Part shown: positions 1-9,396 of the stretch, piece by piece
Numbering within the stretch: the first letter of the stretch is position 1
Layout: each line of letters starts with the position of its first letter
Origin: Trichlorobacter lovleyi SZ
GTDB lineage: Bacteria > Desulfobacterota > Desulfuromonadia > Geobacterales > Pseudopelobacteraceae
NCBI RefSeq assembly: GCF_000020385.1
Contig: NC_010814.1
Coordinates: 2,250,001-2,282,000, forward strand
DNA length: 32,000 bases
Reading direction: 5' to 3'
Translations under genes and position numbers: made by a program
The notes under the pieces: generated by a model
The model's input: the letters and a program-made list of their open reading frames with translations, nothing else
What the model was told of the DNA's origin: nothing
Databases searched by the model: none

Positions 1-1
1 G

Positions 2-136
2 GCCAAACCAGCTGCCGGAACCTACTATCTGCGGGTGATTGCCAGAAATGCGGCAGGGCTGACGACCACCGGGTTTGATCGCCATGATACTGAAGGAACA
101 ACCTATTGGGGGGTTTTACAGTTCACGGTATCCTGA
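2..136 (+). CDS. 3' end of an unidentified CDS entering from upstream of the window (...GTYYLRVIARNAAGLTTTGFDRHDTEGTTYWGVLQFTVS*)
   Basis: Frame 2 is open from base 2 to TGA at 134-136 (44 codons). It is too short and 5'-truncated to appear in the ORF track. It converges on holA with a 17-nt gap. No domain recognised. Confidence 0.3.
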   Translation, partial: AKPAAGTYYLRVIARNAAGLTTTGFDRHDTEGTTYWGVLQFTVS

Positions 137-153
137 GAATATGAAAGTATGGC

Positions 154-1164
154 TCAACGAGCCATACCGGCCACTGTCCCGGCACAGGCGTCATAGACCA
201 GTCCTTGCAGAACCGTTGCTGCTGAGGAGCCGGTCTTGACCCCGACATCCCCCCGGTACAACCGCTCAAACAGGGCCTCCAGCTCAGTCACCGGATATTT
301 TTTAGCCTGGGTGACCTGTTCACCCAGAAAAAACTGGTGGATCTTGAGTTGCTTGCCGATATCAGCAGGGGGCATCTTCTGATCCAGCAGTTCCCGGATC
401 CGCCAGATCCTGCGAAAATGACTGGCCAGAGCCCCCAGGATCATGACCGCCTCTTCACCATTTTGCAACATGGCTTGCAAGGTAGCCAATGCCTTTGCCA
501 GATTCTTTTCCCCCATGAATCTGGCCAGCTCAAAGGCGGTAAATGACTTGCTTTGGCTGACGATTGCCTTGACATCCTCAACCCCGATCACCGGACGACT
601 ACCAACATACAGGGCAGCCTTCTCAATCTGTGAAACCAGCTCCTGTAGATTGTTACCCACCATGAAGCCCAGCATCTCGGCTCCTGCCCCATCTATCTTC
701 TTGCCATGCACCGCAGCCTCAGCATTGATAAACGGCCCCAGTTTATTGTCATACAGCTTCTTAAATTCCAGCGTACCGGGCTGTTTCTTGAGCTCGGAAA
801 AAAATTTGCGGCGCAGATCAGGTTTGGCAGCCAGGAACAGCAGGCAGGTTTCCGGACAGGGATTGGCCAGATAGGGCAGCAGCCCCTCCTGGGTTGCTGC
901 CGGCAGCTTGTCAGCCTGCCTGACCACCACCACCCGGCGTTCTGCAAACATCGGTAATGTCTGGGAGGTATCAAGGATCTCGGTCCCTTTGCAATCCGCA
1001 CCGTAATAGATGTTCAGGTTAAAATCTTTCATGGCAGGATCAACCGCCTTCTCCATGACACGACGACCAGCCCGCTCAACCAGAAACGGCTCTTCACCAT
1101 AAAAGAAATAGACCGCTGAAAAGCTGCCGGTCTGAAGTTGTTTTTCAAGTTCCTGTTCAGTCAT
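154..1164 (-). CDS. holA: DNA polymerase III delta subunit
   Basis: The 336-aa ORF has the size and sequence pattern of HolA (N-terminal ...AVYFFYGEEPFL..., helical C-terminal domains). It sits downstream of leuS-lptE, as in many Proteobacteria. ATG 1164 shares one base with the stop of the upstream gene (TGATG). Confidence 0.85.
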   Translation of the reverse strand: MTEQELEKQLQTGSFSAVYFFYGEEPFLVERAGRRVMEKAVDPAMKDFNLNIYYGADCKGTEILDTSQTLPMFAERRVVVVRQADKLPAATQEGLLPYLANPCPETCLLFLAAKPDLRRKFFSELKKQPGTLEFKKLYDNKLGPFINAEAAVHGKKIDGAGAEMLGFMVGNNLQELVSQIEKAALYVGSRPVIGVEDVKAIVSQSKSFTAFELARFMGEKNLAKALATLQAMLQNGEEAVMILGALASHFRRIWRIRELLDQKMPPADIGKQLKIHQFFLGEQVTQAKKYPVTELEALFERLYRGDVGVKTGSSAATVLQGLVYDACAGTVAGMAR

Positions 1165-2342
1165 CAGGTTACCTGTTTCTGTGTACAGACCTTCACAACC
1201 CTGTCCCGTCCTGCATTTTTCGCTGCATAGAGCGCATTATCAACCTGCTGGATAAATTCATCGATACTGCACCCGGCGCAAAACGCCCCCACCCCGAAAC
1301 TCATGGTCAAATGAATCGGTTGAGTATCCCAGACAATCTCTTTCCCGCGCACTGCAGCAGCAAGTTTTTCAGCCACTATCACAGCCTGCTCAAGCGAGGT
1401 CTCTGGCAACAGAACCATGAATTCTTCACCGCCCCAGCGGGCGCACACATCCTCTGAGCGCAGGTTGTCTTTCAGCTGAGTTCCAATCTGCCGCAGCACC
1501 CGGTCTCCGGCCAGATGGCCAAAGGTATCGTTTACCTGTTTGAAGAGATCCAGGTCACCCAGAATCAGTGAAAAGGTCTTGTTGTGGCGTTCTGAACGTT
1601 TTAGCTCAACCTCAAGCTGGTTCAGCATCTCCATCCGGTTGGCAAGTCCGGTCAGAATATCGGTCCTGACCATCAGCTCAAGACGCATATTCAGATCCTG
1701 CAACTGAAACTGATAGGAATCACTGATAGTGACAATCTTGCTAAAACGCCTCAACAGCTTGGCATAGCGGCTGACAATTTTTTCCAGTTCCGGGGTCAAC
1801 GGATCGCCAACAGTTGAGATCCTTTCCAGCAGCTCTTTCATTTCACGCAGTGGTTCATCTTCCGGCGCTGCGGCTTTCTGACGTTCACTCTGCAGTTGCG
1901 ACAGAACAGCAGCAGGCTGTCCCCGTCCTTCCAGCTTGCTGTAGGTTGTTTTGACACAGTCCGGACAGATGCCGTGACTGAACATGATATCCACATGACT
2001 GCTGAAATAGGTTTCCAGCCGCTGCCAGTAATTATCATCGGTCCGTATCTTGTGACAGTACATACAGATCGGTAATGCCACCTCACTCAATTGGCGCAGC
2101 TTGATATCGGATTGTTCCTGCTTCCGGGACAATTCCTTCAGTTGTTGCTGGTACGAGTCACTGATGGCAATGGTCTTATACAACTGGTGATGGAGTTTGT
2201 TAAAGCTGTCAGACAGCACAAAATACTCAGCGAGCAGCTCTGTTCTGTCTTCCGGAGGATTGGCCAGAACCTGTGCCGTGCGTTGCAGTGCCGGATCCGA
2301 CTGTTCTGATTTTTGCGATGTTTTTTTTCTGGCCCTGATCAT
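1164..2342 (-). CDS. siaD: SiaD-like diguanylate cyclase: coiled-coil/Cys-His-rich N-terminal region plus GGDEF domain
   Basis: The C-terminal GGDEF domain has an intact active site (RWGGEEFMVLL). A canonical RxxD I-site (RSED) lies 5 residues upstream. It is the last gene of a SiaA/SiaB/SiaC-type set, and its start overlaps the siaC stop (ATGA). Confidence 0.85.
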   Translation of the reverse strand: MIRARKKTSQKSEQSDPALQRTAQVLANPPEDRTELLAEYFVLSDSFNKLHHQLYKTIAISDSYQQQLKELSRKQEQSDIKLRQLSEVALPICMYCHKIRTDDNYWQRLETYFSSHVDIMFSHGICPDCVKTTYSKLEGRGQPAAVLSQLQSERQKAAAPEDEPLREMKELLERISTVGDPLTPELEKIVSRYAKLLRRFSKIVTISDSYQFQLQDLNMRLELMVRTDILTGLANRMEMLNQLEVELKRSERHNKTFSLILGDLDLFKQVNDTFGHLAGDRVLRQIGTQLKDNLRSEDVCARWGGEEFMVLLPETSLEQAVIVAEKLAAAVRGKEIVWDTQPIHLTMSFGVGAFCAGCSIDEFIQQVDNALYAAKNAGRDRVVKVCTQKQVT

Positions 2343-2716
2343 TTGTTAAGTGCCGCTATTTCAAAGGGAAAGCTGACCTCTTCGCAAAACTCCTCAGCCA
2401 GTTCAAAAGAACGGGGATTCTCAAGGTCATAATACCAGGTGATCGAGACATTGGCACTCCGCCCATAGGCATCTTCCATGATATCCAGCAGATCAAGCAT
2501 GCATTTGGTGCTGCTGCTGTTCATATAGGTAATGGTGATGGCAATGGTCAGCTGCCGGTTGTCCTGCAGATACTGTTTCAGCCACGCCAGCACCGGCGCA
2601 TAAAAGGCAAAGGAGTTCTCGGGGTAGGACTCACCGGAAATACGCAGTTTTTTTACCTCAGGATCAAAACTGATCAACGGCGTTGAAGCGGTCTGAGGAA
2701 TATCAAGATGTGCCAT
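2339..2716 (-). CDS. siaC: SiaC-family regulatory phosphoprotein (DUF1987)
   Basis: The 125-aa product has the DUF1987 pattern: ...ISGESYPENSFAFYAPVLAWLKQY... and ...ITYMNSSSTKCMLDLLDIME. It lies between SiaB-like and SiaD-like genes. Confidence 0.8.
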   Translation of the reverse strand: MAHLDIPQTASTPLISFDPEVKKLRISGESYPENSFAFYAPVLAWLKQYLQDNRQLTIAITITYMNSSSTKCMLDLLDIMEDAYGRSANVSITWYYDLENPRSFELAEEFCEEVSFPFEIAALNK

Positions 2717-2731
2717 AAATGTTCTCCACTG

Positions 2732-3262
2732 CTAAACAAAAGCGCTAAGACTGAAAAAGACATAGGTTTCATCAATAGTGCGCACAGAACAGTGCATCGG
2801 CGCCGAAGAATGGCGGGCAATTTCAAGCAATCCGAGTCCTGCCCCCAAGGCTCCGGGTTGGACCTCGCGTCGCATCTGCTCCTTGTAGCTGCGCTTCAGC
2901 TCTTCAGGCGTCATGGCGTTAATCTCGTTGATCCGGGCACAGAGCAGTGCTGCATCTTCCTGCAGGACCATGTTGCCGGAAGAGACCATATAGCCCTCAT
3001 TCCAGCGGGCGATGGTAATGATCGAGGCGGCCGTATCACCATGGCCAAGTTCACGTAGCGCAAGGTAATTACGCACATTCTGGGCAAGTTCGATATAGAC
3101 GGCAAAGACATCCAGGACCGCAGCTTTTGCGATGTTTTCCGCTGCCAGGTGGTTGCGCAGCGCGGTCCCGATCTCCTCAATGATACTGTGGGAAAAAGGA
3201 CCGTTAAAACACATCATCATGCCGGACTCATCAAACTGCTTTCTCAGGTTGTACAGATCCAT
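2732..3262 (-). CDS. siaB: SiaB-family protein kinase (GHKL/anti-sigma-like ATPase fold)
   Basis: The 176-aa product has the N-terminal pattern typical of SiaB-family proteins (...MMMCFNGPFSHSIIEEIGTALRNHL...VFAVYIELAQNVRNY...). It lies between the PP2C phosphatase gene and the DUF1987 gene. Confidence 0.7.
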   Translation of the reverse strand: MDLYNLRKQFDESGMMMCFNGPFSHSIIEEIGTALRNHLAAENIAKAAVLDVFAVYIELAQNVRNYLALRELGHGDTAASIITIARWNEGYMVSSGNMVLQEDAALLCARINEINAMTPEELKRSYKEQMRREVQPGALGAGLGLLEIARHSSAPMHCSVRTIDETYVFFSLSAFV

Positions 3263-3280
3263 GGCAACTCCTCTCCAGGA

Positions 3281-5281
3281 TTACAGACGGAAGGCCAACA
3301 CGGTAATATCATCACGCTGTTTTCTCGTACCACGCCAGACATCCATCCGCTGTGCAAAAACAGTAAACAGACGCTGCAGATCAAGGCCACGGTTTTCAGA
3401 CAGCAGCTGACGGAAACGGGCAGTTCCGAACCCATAGCCTTTGGGACCACCACCTTCATCCAGCAAACCGTCAGTGGTCAGGTAACAGGCTACTGCACTG
3501 TGTAATGTCAGCTGATGGTTCTGATAAACAAACTGCAGATCACTGCCGCTATACCCCACCCGCTGCCGATCGCCCTTGATTTCAGACACCTGGTGTTCAT
3601 CGGTATAATACAAGGAGATCCCTGCGCCGGCAAAGGTCAAAGACTGCTGCTCAAGATCGATACAGCACAGACCGATATCAAGCCCGGCATCCACCAGACT
3701 CTCTCCATCCTGCCGTAATCGCAGGGTTTCCTGCAGCAACCGGTTTGCCTCCTGTAAAATCCGTCCCGGATCATCAGCGCAGAGAGTATCCACGATATGG
3801 TTCAGCACAGAGTTGACCGTCATGGTCATAAAGGCCCCCGGCACCCCGTGGCCGGTACAATCCAGCACTGCCAGCAACACCTTGCCATTGCCAGACTCAT
3901 GCAGCCAGTACAGATCGCCACCAACCAGGTCGCATGGCTGATACAGAACCGACCAATCGGCAAAAATCCGGTCAAACCGTTGCGGATCCGGCAAAATAGC
4001 AGCCTGCAGTATCCTGGCGTACTGAAGGCTTTCCATGATTCTGGACTGGGACGCCTCAAGCAGCTGATTGGCGTCGGTCAGTTCCCGGGTCCGCTGCAGT
4101 ACCCGCTCTTCAAGATGTGCGGTATGCTCCCGTACCGTGGCGGCCATGCTATTGAAGCTTTGAGTCAGTCGACCGATTTCATCCCTGTGCAGCACCGGTA
4201 GTGCTATGTCATAGCGTCCCTCGGCCACCTGGCCGGCTGCCCCGGTTAAAAGATTGAGCGGTCTCAGGACCATACGGTTTATCATATACCCGATCACCGT
4301 GATGACGGCCAGAAGTGAGAACAGACTGGCCAGGATAATCGGCAGGAATGTGGCTGTCTGCATCACATGGGAAAAGTCAACCAGTGCGATGGTGTACCAG
4401 CCGATCTGGGGCATGTAGGAAACTGCTGCAAATGACTGGTGCCCGTTAATCCTGACTGGAAAGGCAGCCACTTTTCTTCGGGGTTGTCCTGCGAGATTCT
4501 CAAGCTCTTTTTTTAGCTGTTCCGCCTCTGCCGGCTGTTCAAGCAGCTGAAAGATGGTGGTCCTTTTATCAGAATCCTGTTCAAGAGCATTGCGCTCAAC
4601 CAGCGCCTTGTCGTGGTGAGCTTGGATAATGCCGCGACGGTCAATCAGGATGACAGCAGTTCCCGGTTCATCCGTCAGCACGATCTCCTGCAGAAACTCA
4701 GTCAGATCGATGCCGGTACCGCCAATGCCGATTTTATCGCCCCTGCTGTCACGGATAATGGCATTGATCCAGACCTTGGTCTGGCGAATCAGGGCATCAT
4801 AATTCAGGTGAACCTCAAAGGTATCCACCCTGCGTAATGCATCAAAAAACCAGGAGTCTGAAGAATTATCACGACTGAGTCGACTGCTTCTGGGTTGTTC
4901 CGGCGGCATGGAGCGGTCTGCATTGTAATAACTTGCATCAGCAGCACGGGCAATAAAATAGCTCTTGTCACGGAAAAAGCGGCGGTAACTTTCCAGCTGC
5001 TGCAGGGCGGCTTTTTTAGCGGCAGAACTTTGCCCCGGAGCAACCCAGGCCCTGATCAAATCATCATCAACCAGCTTGAGCGACAGTGCCACCTCGCGGT
5101 CAATGATTGAGAGGATCTTGTTTTTGTCATGCAGGGCCTTACTGGTGGCAGACTGCAAGGCAAACGCAGTAATAATACGGGAGGTCACCCCGGAAAAAAA
5201 AGAGGAGACCGCAACTGCGGCAATCAGAAAAACTGCCGAAGTAATCAGGATAAATTTTGTTCTGAGCGTCAGTTGCTGCAT
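3281..5281 (-). CDS. siaA: SiaA-like membrane sensor with HAMP and C-terminal PP2C (SpoIIE-type) Ser/Thr phosphatase
   Basis: The product is 666 aa. Two hydrophobic segments (FILITSAVFLIAAVAVSSFF and FLPIILASLFSLLAVITVIGYMI) flank a periplasmic region of about 280 aa. A HAMP-like segment follows (...RDEIGRLTQSFNSMA...). The C-terminus is SpoIIE/PP2C-like (...GGDLYW...LAVLDCTGHGVPGAF...DDITVLAFRL). Confidence 0.8.
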   Translation of the reverse strand: MQQLTLRTKFILITSAVFLIAAVAVSSFFSGVTSRIITAFALQSATSKALHDKNKILSIIDREVALSLKLVDDDLIRAWVAPGQSSAAKKAALQQLESYRRFFRDKSYFIARAADASYYNADRSMPPEQPRSSRLSRDNSSDSWFFDALRRVDTFEVHLNYDALIRQTKVWINAIIRDSRGDKIGIGGTGIDLTEFLQEIVLTDEPGTAVILIDRRGIIQAHHDKALVERNALEQDSDKRTTIFQLLEQPAEAEQLKKELENLAGQPRRKVAAFPVRINGHQSFAAVSYMPQIGWYTIALVDFSHVMQTATFLPIILASLFSLLAVITVIGYMINRMVLRPLNLLTGAAGQVAEGRYDIALPVLHRDEIGRLTQSFNSMAATVREHTAHLEERVLQRTRELTDANQLLEASQSRIMESLQYARILQAAILPDPQRFDRIFADWSVLYQPCDLVGGDLYWLHESGNGKVLLAVLDCTGHGVPGAFMTMTVNSVLNHIVDTLCADDPGRILQEANRLLQETLRLRQDGESLVDAGLDIGLCCIDLEQQSLTFAGAGISLYYTDEHQVSEIKGDRQRVGYSGSDLQFVYQNHQLTLHSAVACYLTTDGLLDEGGGPKGYGFGTARFRQLLSENRGLDLQRLFTVFAQRMDVWRGTRKQRDDITVLAFRL

Positions 5282-5306
5282 GGCTGCATGTTGTTGCCCC
5301 GTTTGG

Positions 5307-5843
5307 TCAGTACTGTTGCTCCAGACTCCAGATCAGCTGTTGTGCCAGTTTGCGGCTGGCAGCGGTCAAAGCGGCATCCTCATTGCTGCGCTGCAACTCA
5401 ATGGTGGCAGCCACCGGGTAGTCCTGCCAGGCCGAGAGGGTTCCGCGCCAGAGCGGTGCACTGTCCTTGGCTGCACCGCGTTGACGCACCGCAATATCAG
5501 CCGTAATGGTCAGACGGTATTCCCGGGCCTTATCAGCAGCCGAGTAACTGACCACGCCGGCGCCATAACCGGTCAGAGTCCCCTCCAGAATCAGATCGGC
5601 CTGTTCCGCGCTTGCAGCGGGCAGAATACCGCGCTGCTCGGCAAACTGGTCAAAGATGGCCCGTTTCAGAGCAACCGATCCATTGGCATAGACCGTGGCG
5701 TTCTTGAAAAACGGCACCCAGACCGTCTGACCTGCCGGCAACCTGGTGCCGCTGTCTGCGGTAAAACGGTAGCCGCAACCTGCTGCTGACAATACCAGCA
5801 ACAGAAGCATCATGGCCTGACCCAGCTTCAGCCTAGCCGACAA
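5307..5843 (-). CDS. lptE: LPS-assembly lipoprotein LptE (RlpB)
   Basis: The product has a signal peptide with lipobox LSAAG|C and is about 178 aa. It lies immediately downstream of leuS. The track start at 5843 is a TTG that overlaps the leuS end by 11 nt; alternative ATG starts are at 5813 and 5810. Confidence 0.7.
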   Translation of the reverse strand: MSARLKLGQAMMLLLLVLSAAGCGYRFTADSGTRLPAGQTVWVPFFKNATVYANGSVALKRAIFDQFAEQRGILPAASAEQADLILEGTLTGYGAGVVSYSAADKAREYRLTITADIAVRQRGAAKDSAPLWRGTLSAWQDYPVAATIELQRSNEDAALTAASRKLAQQLIWSLEQQY

Positions 5844-8310
5844 CGATGTTCACCAGCTTGCCCGGTACATAGATCACCTTGCGAATCTGCAGGCCATCAG
5901 TAAAGACCTTGACCTTGTCATCAGCAAGGGCAAGCTGTTTGATCGCCTCCTCATCAATGCCGACCGCCACCGAGAGCTTGGAGCGCAGTTTGCCGTTGAC
6001 CTGCACCACCACCAACAACTCTTCATCCAGCACCGCTTCGCTGTCCCAGGCAGGCCAGGTTGTTGCGGAAAGTGGCGTGGTATGCCCCAGCAACTGCCAG
6101 AGCTCTTCCGTAATATGTGGCACGAACGGTGCCAGCATGATGACCACCAGCTCCAGCGCCTCTTTCATCACGGCTGCAGCCTGGGGGGTATTCAGACGGG
6201 CGCCCTGTAACGTATTCATCAGCTCCATAACCGCAGCAATGGCGGTGTTGAAGTGGAACCGCTCATCAATATCCTCGGTGACCTTCTTGAGGGTCTTATG
6301 AACAGCACGTCGCAGGGTACGTTCTTCATCACTCAGTGCCGATGGATCAAGCGCCGGGGCAGCAGCCACGGCCTCAAGCTGCTCATGTACCAGCTTCCAG
6401 ACCCGGTTCAGGAAGCGGTAGCAGCCGTCAACCCCCTGCTCGTTCCAGTCCAGATCCTTTTCCGGCGGTGCGGCAAACAGGGAGAACAGACGGGCTGTGT
6501 CAGCACCGTAGCGCTTGATCAGGGCATCGGGATCAACCACGTTCCCCTTGGACTTGCTCATCTTGGCGCCGTCCTTGATCACCATCCCTTGAGTCAGCAG
6601 GTTGGTGAACGGCTCATCCACATCCACATAGCCCAGGTCACGCATGACCTTGGTAAAGAAGCGGGCGTACAGCAGGTGCAGCACGGCATGTTCAATCCCG
6701 CCGATATACTGGTCTACCGACATCCAGTACTGGGCACGGGCCTTGTCCAGCATACCGTCTTCAAAGTCCGGGCAGCAGTAGCGCAGGAAGTACCAGGAAG
6801 ACTCCACAAAGGTGTCCATGGTGTCGGTTTCACGGCGGGCCGGCTTACCGCAGAGCGGGCAATCCACCTTGGTGAAGCTCTCCAGGGTTGCCAGGGGAGA
6901 ACCGCCTTCGCCGGTGAAATGGACGTCACGGGGCAATACCACCGGGAGATCCTTGTCCGGCACCGGCACCACGCCACAGCAGTCACAGTAGATGATTGGA
7001 ATCGGAGACCCCCAATATCTTTGACGGGACACCCCCCAATCCCGCAAGCGGAAGTTGACCGTTTTTTTGCCCTTGCCCTGCCCTTCCATCCAGGTTGCGA
7101 TGCTGTCCTTGGCTGCGTCGCTCTTCTGGCCGTCAAACTGGGCAGAGTTGACCATGGTACCCACTTCTGTGTAGGCAGCGGTCATGGTGGCCGGATCAAG
7201 AGTTTCCCCTTCAGGCTGGATTACCACCACCAGCGGCAGGTCATATTTTTTGGCAAACTCAAAGTCACGCTGGTCATGGGTCGGCACCGCCATAACTGCG
7301 CCGGTTCCGTACTCAACCAGAACAAAGTTGGCCAGGTAGACCGGCATCTTCCGGCCATTGGTCGGGTTGATGCAGTAGCTTCCGGTAAAGACCCCTTCTT
7401 TTTCCTGATCATCAGAGGTGCGGGCGATCCGGTCGGTTTTCTTGACCTTGTCAATGAACGCCTCAACCTCGGCACGCCGCTCTGGAGCTGTCAGTTCAAG
7501 TGCCATCGGGTGTTCAGGCGCAAGGGACATAAAGGTAGCGCCGAACAGGGTGTCAGGACGGGTAGTGAAGACGCGGATCGCACCATCACGGCCATCCAGG
7601 GCAAAGTCGATCTCACAGCCGGTACTTTTACCGATCCAGTTCCGCTGCATGACCAGCACCCGCTCCGGCCAGCCCGGCAGCTTGTTGGTAAAGTCAAGCA
7701 GTTCCTCGGCATAATCGGTGATCTTGAAGAACCACTGCTCCAGCTCTTTCTGCACCACCTCGGTATCACAACGCCAGCAGCCGCCATCCTCTACCTGCTC
7801 GTTGGCCAGCACCGTCTCACAGGAGGGACACCAGTTGACAAATGACTGCTTCTTGTAGGCAATCCCCCGCTTGTACATCTCCAGGAACAGCTTCTGCTCC
7901 CAGCGGTAATAGCTGACATCGCAGGTGGCCAGTTCACGATCCCAGTCATAGGAAAGCCCCATCTGCTTCAGCTGATCCCGCATGTAGGCCATGTTTTCAT
8001 AGGTCCAGGCAGCCGGATGGCAGTTGTTCTTGATGGCGGCGTTCTCGGCCGGCATGCCAAAGGCATCCCAACCCATGGGATGCAGTACATTAAAACCGCG
8101 CATCCGCTTGAAACGACCAACCACATCACCGATGGAATAGTTACGGACATGGCCCATATGGATACGGCCGGAGGGATAGGGAAACATCTCCAGCAGATAA
8201 TATTTCTTCCGGGAAGGGTCTTCAGTTACCTTGAAGGTCTTCTGAGCCTCCCATTGTTGCTGCCATTTGGCCTCAACCCCGGCCGGTGTATACTTCTGGT
8301 CTGCTGACAT
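5833..8310 (-). CDS. leuS: Leucyl-tRNA synthetase
   Basis: The 825-aa product carries the class I signatures HMGHVRNY (HIGH) and KMSKSKGN (KMSKS). A GAGGAG Shine-Dalgarno precedes ATG 8310. Confidence 0.97.
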   Translation of the reverse strand: MSADQKYTPAGVEAKWQQQWEAQKTFKVTEDPSRKKYYLLEMFPYPSGRIHMGHVRNYSIGDVVGRFKRMRGFNVLHPMGWDAFGMPAENAAIKNNCHPAAWTYENMAYMRDQLKQMGLSYDWDRELATCDVSYYRWEQKLFLEMYKRGIAYKKQSFVNWCPSCETVLANEQVEDGGCWRCDTEVVQKELEQWFFKITDYAEELLDFTNKLPGWPERVLVMQRNWIGKSTGCEIDFALDGRDGAIRVFTTRPDTLFGATFMSLAPEHPMALELTAPERRAEVEAFIDKVKKTDRIARTSDDQEKEGVFTGSYCINPTNGRKMPVYLANFVLVEYGTGAVMAVPTHDQRDFEFAKKYDLPLVVVIQPEGETLDPATMTAAYTEVGTMVNSAQFDGQKSDAAKDSIATWMEGQGKGKKTVNFRLRDWGVSRQRYWGSPIPIIYCDCCGVVPVPDKDLPVVLPRDVHFTGEGGSPLATLESFTKVDCPLCGKPARRETDTMDTFVESSWYFLRYCCPDFEDGMLDKARAQYWMSVDQYIGGIEHAVLHLLYARFFTKVMRDLGYVDVDEPFTNLLTQGMVIKDGAKMSKSKGNVVDPDALIKRYGADTARLFSLFAAPPEKDLDWNEQGVDGCYRFLNRVWKLVHEQLEAVAAAPALDPSALSDEERTLRRAVHKTLKKVTEDIDERFHFNTAIAAVMELMNTLQGARLNTPQAAAVMKEALELVVIMLAPFVPHITEELWQLLGHTTPLSATTWPAWDSEAVLDEELLVVVQVNGKLRSKLSVAVGIDEEAIKQLALADDKVKVFTDGLQIRKVIYVPGKLVNIVVG

Positions 8311-8337
8311 CGGTTACTCCTCTTCTTAAAGTATCAA

Positions 8338-9396
8338 TTACGGATTACCAAATCCGCCACATGCAAGTATTGCCTGACTGATGCCCGGTAACGGCACGAC
8401 GCGGTCAACGCATCCGGTTGCCACAGCCTCGCGGGGCATGCCATAGACCACCGCACTATCCTCTGATTCCGCCAGTACCTGGCCACCCCGTTCCTTTACT
8501 GCAACCACCCCTTTGCTGCCGTCATTGCCCATACCGGTCAGTACCACCGCCAGCATCCGGCTGCCGTACAGCGGGGCACAGGATGTAAACAGCACATCAG
8601 CAGAGGGGACATAACGATCACTGGCTTCCGGCGGTTTTACCCTTGCGCGAATGCCGGCACCAACCTCTTCAAGCAACAGATTACAACCACCAGGGGCAAT
8701 CAGTGCCAGACCCGGTTCAACCGGATCCCCATCATGTGCCTCACGTACCGTAAAGGGTGAGGTGCGGTTCAGGCGGTCAGCAAAGGCCCGGGTAAACCCG
8801 TGGGGCATATGCTGGGCAACCACCACGGCAAAAGGGTAGCTTTGATCAAAAGAACTGAAAATCGATTGCAGGGCCGGTGGTCCGCCGGTTGACGAGGCAA
8901 TAGCCACCAGTTCAACGGCACGTTTGCCGGCTGACCGCAGTGATTTGCGCGGTTTGTCCACCTCCGGCGCCGGTGGCGTCTGACGAGCCTTTTTACTGAG
9001 CAGGCTTACCATGATCTGTTTCACCTTCCACTTCAGATCCTGTTCAATACTGCTCAGTTCACGAGCATGGCCCTGCATCGGTTTGGCAACAAAATCAAGC
9101 GCCCCCATTTCAAGGGCACGAAAGACCTTATCAGCATCGGACAGGGCGCTGATGACCAGTACCGGCAGACTGAAACGGTTGGTTAGAATCCTCAGCAGCG
9201 TAAATCCATCCATACGCGGCATCTCAAGATCAAGTGTCACCAGGTCAGGCTTGAGTGAGATAGCCTGACGAATCCCTTCCTCACCATCCACCGCATAGCC
9301 GACTACCTCAACCCCGGGCATTCCTTCCAGCATCTTGCTGATACTGCGACGGCTGTAGGCTGAATCATCCACCACCAGTACCCGGATCGGCTTCAT
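8338..9396 (-). CDS. cheB: Chemotaxis response regulator protein-glutamate methylesterase CheB
   Basis: The N-terminal REC domain has the motif LVTLDLEMPRMDG. The C-terminal methylesterase domain has ASSTGGP, AQHMPHGF and TGMGNDG. The start shares one base with the cheR stop (TGATG). Confidence 0.93.
   Translation of the reverse strand: MKPIRVLVVDDSAYSRRSISKMLEGMPGVEVVGYAVDGEEGIRQAISLKPDLVTLDLEMPRMDGFTLLRILTNRFSLPVLVISALSDADKVFRALEMGALDFVAKPMQGHARELSSIEQDLKWKVKQIMVSLLSKKARQTPPAPEVDKPRKSLRSAGKRAVELVAIASSTGGPPALQSIFSSFDQSYPFAVVVAQHMPHGFTRAFADRLNRTSPFTVREAHDGDPVEPGLALIAPGGCNLLLEEVGAGIRARVKPPEASDRYVPSADVLFTSCAPLYGSRMLAVVLTGMGNDGSKGVVAVKERGGQVLAESEDSAVVYGMPREAVATGCVDRVVPLPGISQAILACGGFGNP

Noticed and set aside
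6253-7845. A 530-aa plus-strand ORF, the longest ORF in the track that I did not annotate.
   Set aside because: It lies entirely antisense to leuS, whose product carries unmistakable HIGH and KMSKS signatures. The antisense translation is Gly/His/Arg/Val-rich and has no recognisable motif. This is a typical shadow ORF of a GC-rich gene.
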